This document shows positions 1 to 8,764 of a stretch of DNA of 64,000 nt, piece by piece. Location: positions 1 to 64,000 of the forward strand of contig JWZX01003306.1 in NCBI GenBank assembly GCA_001275005.1, given 5' to 3'. Source of the stretch: Chrysochromulina tobinii. Taxonomy: Eukaryota. The stretch's first letter is position 1, and each line of letters starts with the position of its first letter. The position numbers and the translations under genes were made by a program. Below the pieces are notes generated by a model. That model was not told the DNA's origin. It ran no database searches and worked only from the letters and a program-made list of their open reading frames with translations.

Positions 1-227
1 CCTTTGCCATACCAACAGCTTGAAACGGACCTACCACACTCGCGAGTGCCGCCTTCGGCGGCGTCGTCCACAACCTTTGCTATGCATGGGCCACCCTCCA
101 CCTCGACTGGGTCCTCGCACTCCCGACGTCTCGGCGGCATTAGGTTTCTATTTCGGGAAACTACAGTTTCCAGCACAGCGCTCTTCGCGTGACTGGATTT
201 CCAGCCTATGACCGACCCGAGTGGGTG

Positions 228-444
228 ACTGTTACACCCTGAGCTCACCAAATATAATGTTATAAGCCAATGCAACTTGGACTCAGATGCTCATCTGCTC
301 ATAACGACGCCCGGCGCCGTGATGGGCGACCGTGTGATGGCGTATTCACTGCGGTCGAGCCATATCCGCCCTAGGTCGAGGCCACTGTTACACCTGCTCA
401 CCATCTTGAAAATCATAAGCCAATGCCTTGGACTCAGGAACTCA
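228..444. repeat. Imperfect ~60-bp direct repeat pair (228-292 and 384-444) in non-coding DNA
   Basis: actgttacaccctgagctcacca...ataagccaatgcaacttggactcagatgctc versus actgttacacctgctcacca...ataagccaatgccttggactcaggaactca. Confidence 0.7.
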
Positions 445-819
445 AAACTTGGCAGGCTTCCTAACTTTTTGAGATCTGCTCAAAAATATAACTTCCCAGA
501 GCGAATTTTAACTGAATATACCCTACTTAGGGTGCAGAAATGGCCCTTCCCGAAGGATCCAGCTCTGGGAAGTTGTATGGCCAGAAGCATCTCCCTGAGA
601 AAAGGCTATAGCCAAGTCTTGGGCCCCATCCGCGATCACCACGGCTTATGATTTTCAAGTGACGATTTTTCGTCCATTTTCGCTCACTTTACCGCTCAGG
701 CGGCCTGAATGTACAATGTAGAATGTTCGTGCGGAAACGTGAGCGTCACGCGTCAGGCGGCGCGTGCCTCGAGGTGGTGCGACCCCAACGGCGACGCCGG
801 CGGGCGCCCGGGGGGGTAA

Positions 820-872
820 GTTCTGGCCGGTTAGCGACGTTAAAAAATCGTTCTGGCCGGTTAGGACGTTAA
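820..872. repeat. Tandem 23-24-bp repeat ending in TTAA; possible subterminal repeat of a DNA transposon remnant
   Basis: gttctggccggttagcgacgttaa (820-843) and gttctggccggttaggacgttaa (850-872). Confidence 0.6.
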
Positions 873-1375
873 GGATGAGCCATGGAATGCGCAGAGGAGC
901 ATACGGCGCGGTTTTGTCTGCGGCACTCAAAGACGATATGAAAAGCCACTCCCTCCTCGATTCCCCACACAGCAGCTCACGATCTCAAGAGCCCATCATT
1001 AGCCCATCACGGGGCGCGTCCGCCGTCGCTCAGAGCGGACAGGTCGCGCTCGTCTCAGCGCGCGGCTGCGGGGGCCCAAGGGGGGCGTGAGTCCCCCCGA
1101 CCCACCCTCTAGGGTGGGGATGGGGAATGTTCGGCGCGGGACGGATCCCACGCATGCATGCATAGTTCCGTCGCGCCAGCTGTCGCTTCGGATTCGGACC
1201 GTCGCACTTAGCGGGTGGGACCGACCGAGGGGAGGGCGCGGTCAGCGCCCGCCCGTCGGGTGGTCGGGGCCCCGCGGTTCCGGAGGTGGGGCGCTGCGCG
1301 CTGGGGCGTAGCAGCCGCACATTGGCTGACCCCACACAGCGCTCAGCTCACGATCTTAATGTTTGAGCCCAAGAT

Positions 1376-1415
1376 CTTGTGTTGACCGAGGGGAGCAGAG
1401 CCGTCCCTTGAGACG
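1376..1415 (+). repeat. Dispersed 40-bp hairpin-containing element, copy 1 (copy 2 at 35187-35225)
   Basis: cttgtgttgaccgaggggagcagagccgtcccttgagacg versus cttgtgttgaccgagggagcggaaccgtcctttgagacg: 3 mismatches and 1 indel. Confidence 0.75.
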
Positions 1416-1615
1416 TGCCGCGACGAAACTGACTTATGAATCATACCGATGACAGAAGATCTATTTTTGATTCAGGGTTTTTCCTGTAGGTTTTTCCCAC
1501 ATCGAGTTCGAGGCGGGCGTTCGCTTCGATCCGGACGAGGTTCAGCGTCATGTCAGCCCTGATTTGACTCCTTGGCAAACTGCGCGCCGGCGCGTGCCGG
1601 AATAGAACCCTTCAT

Positions 1616-3280
1616 ATGGCCTGTCGTCCGCTCGTTCTGCTCTTGTTGTCAGTGGCGACGGCTGCAGAGTGGTCCGACGTCCACCATGAGCAGAGCAAAG
1701 GTCATCAAGCTGCTCCGCATCAACACCACGCGGGCATGCTCAGCACCTCTGACCGACCTTCTGTGCAGTGTGCGCACTACACAAAGTTCGGAACATTCTG
1801 CTTCTCTGGCGCCTCAAATAACCGTCGCTGTGGCAGCCGAGCATCCACCAATGCCTCATGGTGGACTATGCAACCAGACTATCACAGCCCGATTTGCAAA
1901 GGCGCTGCCGAAGATGGGAGCCTTGATGTGAACGAAGCCGAGATGCAGCGACGGTGTAGCCTCGACGAGCGTTGTGCCGGCTATTGCCTTGTGGTAAATT
2001 CCTCGCGGCAACCTCGCGGCAGGAGCACCTTCGATGCAGTGCCTCTCGTGCACTTTACCAACTGGATGTATATTTTACCAGGTCATTCCGTACACTTCAA
2101 GGAGGATCTCTGTCCTATACGTGCTCAGCGTGGATTCCGCGGCGCTAACGGCGGCGCTGAAGTCGTCGACAGTGGCGGCAACGCGACCGTTTCGGGTGAC
2201 GGCGATCCCCTCGTGGGGGCCATGGCCAGCTGGGCCGAGCACTCATGGGACAAGCTGCGACAAGACTCAAGGTTCCATCCGGAAAGGCTCGAAACCCAAC
2301 TCAACGCCTTTCGGAACTTTTCGCAGACAGAGCTGCCAGCGTGGATGCGCCGTCTACCGGTCTTCTACCCATTTGCAGGCTTCGACGTGCTAACCGCCCG
2401 CTCCTTTTTCCCCGAATCACCGCACGTCATACTCACGTCGTGGCTGCCTTTTGGCGACATGGCCTGTTTCTTCTCCGAGGGCTGTCGTGCGGCGATGGTC
2501 AATGCTACTGCGGACGTCTTCTTGAACTGGCAGTGGCGCGACTTCGCGTGGAGCGAAGAAAAGCGTTTGACCAACGCCGTCTTCGAAAAAGCGCGATTCT
2601 TCCCCGGCTTCAATGCGACCTTTGGCATCGCGCCGGTGCTCCTCACTTGCCTCGCCGTGCTCGGCGTGAGTCCTGTCGCCATTGAGCGGCGCGCCGGCAC
2701 CAATGTTGTCACGATCAGCGGCAGCGACGGTAAGAAAATCACGTACGCTGCCCGCTATCTTGGCGTGGCGACGCTTCAGGACGATCTCATGTTTCTCGAC
2801 GAGCTACTCGCCGCCCGCCGCTCGCCGGCCTCGTCCTCGTCGCTCCCTATGTTTGCCACGTTCACCAAGGCTGCTGCGCTAGGGTGGACGTACCTGCGCG
2901 ATCCTGCTCTGTCCTTGCACGTGCTGCGCCGCTCGGCCGCCGTGCTCACCGACGAGACCGGGTTCCCGCCCTCAATTTACGACCGGAGCACGTGGCACGT
3001 GCAGGGCTACGGCGATTTTGCGGAGCTCGAGAAGGCGTACGCCGCCCTCTCGATACCCGAAGTGTGGGCCAAGCATAAAATGGGCCACCCACTTTACAAT
3101 GCGAGCCAAGCGTGGGGAGCGGAAGTGCGTGGCTTCTTCGCAGCGAAACCGCCGTTGCCATTCGTCTTCGGGTACGGCGCCTCAAATCGCGGACCTGATG
3201 CTCGTGGATGTCTCATGGCAGCGTGGCGGCACACGCGACACGCACGAGCGGGATCGCGTTTAGAACCCGCGAGGTCTTAG
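1616..3280 (+). CDS. Secreted protein with a Cys-rich N-terminal region and a C-terminal domain resembling an uncharacterised bacterial family
   Basis: 554-aa ATG ORF; signal peptide MACRPLVLLLLSVATAA; motifs VFYPFAGFD, FTKAA, VLTDETGFP, W..QGYGDF, PLPFVFGY. Confidence 0.75.
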   Translation: MACRPLVLLLLSVATAAEWSDVHHEQSKGHQAAPHQHHAGMLSTSDRPSVQCAHYTKFGTFCFSGASNNRRCGSRASTNASWWTMQPDYHSPICKGAAEDGSLDVNEAEMQRRCSLDERCAGYCLVVNSSRQPRGRSTFDAVPLVHFTNWMYILPGHSVHFKEDLCPIRAQRGFRGANGGAEVVDSGGNATVSGDGDPLVGAMASWAEHSWDKLRQDSRFHPERLETQLNAFRNFSQTELPAWMRRLPVFYPFAGFDVLTARSFFPESPHVILTSWLPFGDMACFFSEGCRAAMVNATADVFLNWQWRDFAWSEEKRLTNAVFEKARFFPGFNATFGIAPVLLTCLAVLGVSPVAIERRAGTNVVTISGSDGKKITYAARYLGVATLQDDLMFLDELLAARRSPASSSSLPMFATFTKAAALGWTYLRDPALSLHVLRRSAAVLTDETGFPPSIYDRSTWHVQGYGDFAELEKAYAALSIPEVWAKHKMGHPLYNASQAWGAEVRGFFAAKPPLPFVFGYGASNRGPDARGCLMAAWRHTRHARAGSRLEPARS

Positions 3281-3947
3281 CGCAACATCCGCATGCAACC
3301 AATCTGTGGGACCGACCCAACATTCCCATTTTCTTGGACTGGGCGACGTTGGCTCTCTAGAGGCTCAACTTGACGCAGCGAGCATCGAGCCCCATGTGAA
3401 GCAAAGGCGTGAGACCTTCTGCTGATTTGTTCAACTGACGGAAAAGGCCTGCTCCTCAGGTTTTGGAAGCATCAGTGGAGAGAAGCACAAGTGGAAGCCA
3501 TCATCACGGGCCAAGGTCGCTAGGAAGTCGCTAGGTCGGAAGCACATGATCAGGATGTAGGTACAGCACATGTAGGGACAGCTAAAGGTGTGTTCAGTAC
3601 TGGGGTACATCATTGGTCCGGCTTAGGATGAAGGCTGCATAGGTATGTCGTCGGTATAGGAGTAAATAGGAGTCTTAGGTATAGTACTTACATCAGAGGG
3701 AAAAGTCAAAAGAGGGAACAAGAGGGAATATATTATTTGAGGGTTGTGCTCATACGAGTACGAAATGGCGCGCTAGCACCGGGTCCCGTCTCGCCGACGC
3801 GACTGCGCTACCGACCCGTCGCGTCCTCAAACCCAAAGGGATCAAAACGATCAAAACACAGCTCTGGCGGAACGACGACCCGGAAAATTCACGAGGGCGT
3901 CTCGAGTGCGCTGCTGCGCTGCGCGCCGCGCGCTGCGCTCGCCTCGA

Positions 3948-5207
3948 ATGTGGTGGTTCGTAGCCATTCCTGCGATGCAGCTGCCAGCCTATGCTGGATG
4001 CCGTCGTCTGTCGATGTCCTTCACCGATGAGCCGCACCTAACAATGTGCCATTCTGCTTCAGTCACGTTTGTTAATCCGCTCGAGGTGGATGGCTTTGCT
4101 GAACCTGGTGGCTGGGGGTTCCACGAGGATGCAAGCAGCCTGCCGTTGCTCGTCTTCCTGCCGGGGATGGATGGCTCGCTAGCGACGCCCTTTATGCAGT
4201 ATGCAGAGCTCAGCACTACTTTCGAGCTCTCGTGCCTGCAGCATGTACAGGGCCTAAAGTCGCGGGCGAGCTTCGATGAGCTGACTGCCGAATGCGCCGA
4301 CGCAATCGCCAACGTTGCGCATGCTGGTCGGCGGCAGGTCCTCCTGGTGGGCGAATCGCTTGGTGCGACCCTCGCTCTCGCGGTAGCGCACGAGCTGCAA
4401 GAGCGGCACGGTTCGGTGCCGGGCTTGCGCGGCCTCGTGCTCGTCAACCCGGCGACATCGTACCGCCGGTCGGCGCTCGCGAAGGTCGGGCCGATGTGCG
4501 CCTCGCTGCTAGGCCCTCTGCTCGCGCCGCTGTATGCCGTGTCGCTCGTCGCGTTTGCGGCGTACGTGCTGACCCCCGTCTACCAGGCGCCGTCCTTCCT
4601 CTCGACGATTACCGCACAGAAGGCAACGGAGCTCAATAATAACCCCTACCGCGAGGCCTTTGTCGGCCGCGTGGCGATGGGCGCGTATCTTGGGATGAGG
4701 TCCGAGCAGCTGGCAATCGGGCCGCTCCTCGCTATCGACCTCTTCACACCGGAGGAGCTCGGCTTTCGACTCGAGCAGTGGCTCGCGTACGGCGCCGACG
4801 TGGTCAGCGAGCGCGACGTGCTGCGAAAGCTCAAGGTGCCCGTGCTCGCTGTCGTGGGGGCTTTGGACCGGTTGCTGCCGAGCATGGAGGAGGCTGAGCG
4901 GCTGCGCGATGCGTGCGGGCCTGCGCGCTGGCGCGGCACTTGCGTCGTGCAGGGCGCCGGCCACGCGTCGACCCTGGGCAATCGTGTCGACCTTCTGCAG
5001 GAGATCCGCAAGGCGTTTGGCGCCGAGTTCGAACCGCCACTACGGCCACGGGTAGACCTCGTCGACCGAGTGGCGCACCCCGGCGACGATGGGGACGGCT
5101 GGGAGCGCGGGCTGGTCGATCGCACCTACGACGCGCTCGACACCGCGGATTACACGCAGATGAACCGCGAAGGGACCTTGTTTCCGAAACCGCTCGTGGC
5201 TGCGTAA
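3948..5207 (+). CDS. Alpha/beta hydrolase resembling the esterase domain of phytyl ester synthase (PES/ELT)
   Basis: LLVFLPGMDG oxyanion loop, LVGESLG nucleophile elbow, LVLVNPATSY, GALDRLLPS acid, GAGH His; first ATG at 3948. Confidence 0.8.
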   Translation: MWWFVAIPAMQLPAYAGCRRLSMSFTDEPHLTMCHSASVTFVNPLEVDGFAEPGGWGFHEDASSLPLLVFLPGMDGSLATPFMQYAELSTTFELSCLQHVQGLKSRASFDELTAECADAIANVAHAGRRQVLLVGESLGATLALAVAHELQERHGSVPGLRGLVLVNPATSYRRSALAKVGPMCASLLGPLLAPLYAVSLVAFAAYVLTPVYQAPSFLSTITAQKATELNNNPYREAFVGRVAMGAYLGMRSEQLAIGPLLAIDLFTPEELGFRLEQWLAYGADVVSERDVLRKLKVPVLAVVGALDRLLPSMEEAERLRDACGPARWRGTCVVQGAGHASTLGNRVDLLQEIRKAFGAEFEPPLRPRVDLVDRVAHPGDDGDGWERGLVDRTYDALDTADYTQMNREGTLFPKPLVAA

Positions 5208-5630
5208 GTTCAAAGTTTTTGTAGAAGTGTGAACATTACGTGAACGTGTGCACACTCAGCGTCGGTTATGGCCCGCCGACCCATGTCAAAGCCACCACTA
5301 CACAATCTCGACGCGTTATCTCGTCGGTCAGAGTACAGATAGACAGAGCGTGTCGTCGCCTGGAGCTGGACTGCTGGCGCAGCGGCGGCCTGTAAACACT
5401 TAGTAAACACGTGGCCGCGAGCGTCGGGCGGGCGTCTCAATAATGGCGCCCGTAATGGCGAGGGATGGCAGTCTGACGATGCAATGACTTGGACAGGAAG
5501 GGACCGTTACGACGCGAGGATCTGGAGTAGAGGCCTTCGGCTGAATGGCATCCGCAAGATGGGTCCGTGCTCGCGTGAACGTGATTTCACTGTGTGTTTC
5601 CGGATGGAGGCCCTTTGACCCTTCGCCAGC

Positions 5631-5655
5631 TCTGTGTGAAACGGCTGTGAGCCGG
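5631..5655 (+). promoter_or_regulatory. 25-bp motif ~90 bp upstream of the SMYD gene; second copy upstream of the small SET gene
   Basis: tctgtgtgaaacggctgtgagccgg; 23/25 identical to the minus strand of 11152-11176. Confidence 0.45.
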
Positions 5656-5742
5656 AGCTTGGGAACCGAGGAGCGCACACAGAGAAAAGGTCGTTTTCTG
5701 CTCCCCGCGCGTGGGTAGGAATTCTACGTCGTTTCTCGCACG

Positions 5743-7092
5743 ATGGAGTTCACGCTCCCGAACGAGATGCCGTGTGTGGTCAAGGAGCTCGAGGGCCGCG
5801 GTCGAGGTTTGTGTGCAACGCGCCACATTGCCCGTGGCGAGACGCTCTTTGTGTCTTCGTGCTTTGGGTATGCCGTTCTGGACTCCAGTGCCTCACCGCA
5901 GCAGCTCTGCCACGGCTGCTTGGGCTTTAGTGAAGTGCTTGCCGTGCGCTGTAGCGGCTGTGGCACGACCTATTGTTCAGAGCATTGCATGGAACTCGAC
6001 CTCGTTACGGGGCACGGGTTCTGCTGCCAGGCTCTCGCCCGAATGGCGGCTGTTGGCCACCGAAAGACAACTACCTTTGAGCGCTCAGCGGCATGCTTCC
6101 TGCTACGAGCGTTCGCAAGACGACGAGCAATGTCGGCCACTGGTCCACATGTGGATGCCAATGCTGCTTCCAACGCTGCCGCCGACGCACCGACGTTCGA
6201 CGACGCGCTGCGCCAGTGCAATGACCACGACGGCATCGACGGGTTCGCAAGACGAGAGTCTCAAAGGGAGCGTGCAGTGCGGTTGGCAGTACTGCAGGCC
6301 GGCCGGCTGGTGAATCGCGACGAGGCGCTGCGCCTACTGCTCGTCGAGCCGCAGAACTCATACTCGCTGCGCGACTCAACGGGCGCCATCCGCGGCTGGC
6401 TCATGTACCCTCGTGCGTCGATGATGAACCACTCGTGTTTGCCAAACTGCGGCTGCGTCGTCGAAGGCGTGCGCGTGACCTTCTATGCGCTGGTTGACAT
6501 TGCGGCGGGCGTGGAGTGCACGCAGTGCTACTTGCAACTGCCGGAGAAGGACAGCTACGGCGCGCCGAGCACGAGCTCCTGGGGTTTCGAGTGCAATTGC
6601 CCACGGTGCGACCGCAGTGCACACACGCCAGAGAGTTTGCGTGCGATCGCGGCCTTTGATGCCGAGCATCGGTGCGCGTGCGGCTGCATCGTCGTACCGT
6701 CCATGGCGGTGGGAAAGGTGTGCCGCTGCCATGAGTACAAGACGCGCTCGGCTAGCGGCCAGCCAGCACCTCCGCGCGCTGTTGGTCTGGCCAAGAGGAC
6801 GACGCTCAAGTGCAGCGGCGAGGCGCAGGTGGCGGCGGTCGAGGCGACGGTCGAGGCGGCGGTTGAGGATGCGGAGACTGGCCAGGCCGAGGTTTGGACG
6901 CCGGACAAGGGTCGCTGGGCCCTGGACGCACCGCAGGAGGCTGCAGCCGAGGCGAGGGCGCAGGCTGCGAAGAAGGCCGGAGATTCCTACTATGAAACGT
7001 GGGTGCTCACGCCTGAGGAGGCCAAGGAGCGCGGCTTTCGAGAGGATGAAGAGGTGGTGATGCCGATGCCCGTGTACAGCGATGATGAATAA
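5743..7092 (+). CDS. SET and MYND domain (SMYD-type) lysine methyltransferase
   Basis: GRGRGLCATRHIARGE (SET-N), CHGC..CSGCGTTYCSEHC..H..CC (MYND), ASMMNHSCLPNC, CYL, WGFECNCPRC (post-SET). Confidence 0.9.
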   Translation: MEFTLPNEMPCVVKELEGRGRGLCATRHIARGETLFVSSCFGYAVLDSSASPQQLCHGCLGFSEVLAVRCSGCGTTYCSEHCMELDLVTGHGFCCQALARMAAVGHRKTTTFERSAACFLLRAFARRRAMSATGPHVDANAASNAAADAPTFDDALRQCNDHDGIDGFARRESQRERAVRLAVLQAGRLVNRDEALRLLLVEPQNSYSLRDSTGAIRGWLMYPRASMMNHSCLPNCGCVVEGVRVTFYALVDIAAGVECTQCYLQLPEKDSYGAPSTSSWGFECNCPRCDRSAHTPESLRAIAAFDAEHRCACGCIVVPSMAVGKVCRCHEYKTRSASGQPAPPRAVGLAKRTTLKCSGEAQVAAVEATVEAAVEDAETGQAEVWTPDKGRWALDAPQEAAAEARAQAAKKAGDSYYETWVLTPEEAKERGFREDEEVVMPMPVYSDDE

Positions 7093-7217
7093 TGGAAAAA
7101 ATCTAGCGAGCAAGGATGAAACTAGATGATTTCGCCCGAGATGATAGTCGAGATTGTATCCGGATAGTCGAGATTGTCGTCGAGAAAAGTTTGAAGATCC
7201 ATGCTGTGCTCAATAGG

Positions 7218-8135
7218 ATGAACAAGTTTCTCGTGCTCGCGCTTCTGTCGGCCACGGCGTCGGCGCGCACGGAGATCCGTCGGCCAGGTCTCTCGGCGAC
7301 GCGTGCCCCGCTCATGAAGCTGCGCGGAGGCGCAGCGGCCGCGCCAACGAAGGTTGTTGAGTCCAGCGTCATTCAAGCGATCCTCACGCAGGTGGCCAAA
7401 GAGGTATCGAGCGCCAACACCTCCCCTGCCAAGTTCCTTGGGTTCGTCGGTGCCTTCTGCAACTGGTTCCTCGGGCTGTCTGCGGTGTTGGACTCCTTGA
7501 AACTCGGCCCCGAAGTGATCGCATTGCCCATGACGCTGGCGATGCTCGCCTACTCTCTCCTCTTCAGCCGCTGGGCGGGTTGGGACGTTACGCCGAAAAA
7601 CTACATCCTCTCGGCCTCGCACATGTTCAACGTCGCCGCGCAGGCCAACCAGCTGCGCCGCGTGATCACGTACAAGCTCAAGACGCAGCCGGGCGCGAAG
7701 GCTGAGGTGACTCAGCTCGCCTTGAAGGCTGCTGCCGTGGTGGCGGTGGTCACCGCATACACCCTCGCCGCTCCGAGCCTGATCACCAAGATGCCGGCCG
7801 GCTCCTTCCTCGCCTCTAAGGGCGGTCCGTTCACCATTCACCCGTGGCCGCCGGTCACCAAGCTGTTCCTCTCTGCGGCCTCGCTGGCTGACCTTCACAA
7901 GCCAACAAGCAAGATCTCGCTCGCCCAATACGGCGCTCTTACGCTCACCGGCTTCATCTTCTCCTTCTACGGGCTCTTCGTGACGCCGATCAACTACCCG
8001 CTCACGGGCGTCAACATCATCCTCTTCTTGAGCTCGCTCTGGCACCTGACCAGGAAGATTATCTCCCTCATCTCGCCGCTGCCGGTGGTCACCAAGGGCG
8101 GGAAGCCGGGGCCCAAGCCCGCAATGAAGAAGTAG
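7218..8135 (+). CDS. MPC1-MPC2: Fused MPC1-MPC2 pyruvate-carrier-family protein with signal peptide and LRGG-containing presequence
   Basis: Signal MNKFLVLALLSATASA; MPC1-like half (NWFLGLSAVLD..GPEVIALPMT..YSLLFSRWA..VTPKNYILSASHMFN..Q..QL.R); MPC2-like half (GPFTIHPWPP..K..L..ASLADLHKP..KISLAQ..ALTLTGFIFS....VTPINY.L..VN). Confidence 0.85.
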   Translation: MNKFLVLALLSATASARTEIRRPGLSATRAPLMKLRGGAAAAPTKVVESSVIQAILTQVAKEVSSANTSPAKFLGFVGAFCNWFLGLSAVLDSLKLGPEVIALPMTLAMLAYSLLFSRWAGWDVTPKNYILSASHMFNVAAQANQLRRVITYKLKTQPGAKAEVTQLALKAAAVVAVVTAYTLAAPSLITKMPAGSFLASKGGPFTIHPWPPVTKLFLSAASLADLHKPTSKISLAQYGALTLTGFIFSFYGLFVTPINYPLTGVNIILFLSSLWHLTRKIISLISPLPVVTKGGKPGPKPAMKK

Positions 8136-8764
8136 AACGGCCCCAGCAAAGAAAACGTAGAGCGGCGCTTTGGAATGCGGAGGGCTCGCGGCGCTCTTTG
8201 ACCGAAGGCGCTCGACATGGCGCTCGTGAGCAGCGCGCATCAGCGCAAGGCGTGAGACGATTGGGGGTGCACACTTTGCGATGCACGGGGCAGCGGTTAG
8301 CCGGTTACGGCGGCACTGTGGGCGAAGAAAGGTATAAGCCAAACAACAGAGCATGGCGGACAAGGCGGACCGCGACAAAGTTCTTCTTCTTGAACCCGAT
8401 GTTCGCGATCAAATTCATTTCAATGATTCATTTATCAATGACTGCTTGACTCTTGGGGCAGCCGTTAACTTAAGCCGAAACCAAGTTGCACGATAATGAC
8501 CTGAGCACCAGACGAAACTAATGTTAAAAACCGCTCGGTCGTGGCTCACATCACGATACACATCTCATCAACCCCACCCAATCCGATAACAAACGCGCCC
8601 CACGTCATTGTTCGACGTCAATTTCCCCCCTCGGACGCGGACTTTTCGTCAGAACCGAAACATAATCTGTGAACCTCTCAACATTTTTCTGATTTTTTGG
8701 ACGAGATTGCACAATCTGATGATCTCCGACACTTCGGCCTGCTGCCCTAGTAAAAACCTCCCAG

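Noticed and set aside
7122..8378. Long antisense ORFs here and opposite many genes (e.g. 9029-10120, 14998-16263, 36265-37548)
   Set aside because: Expected shadow ORFs from high GC3 codon bias; they carry no recognisable motifs.
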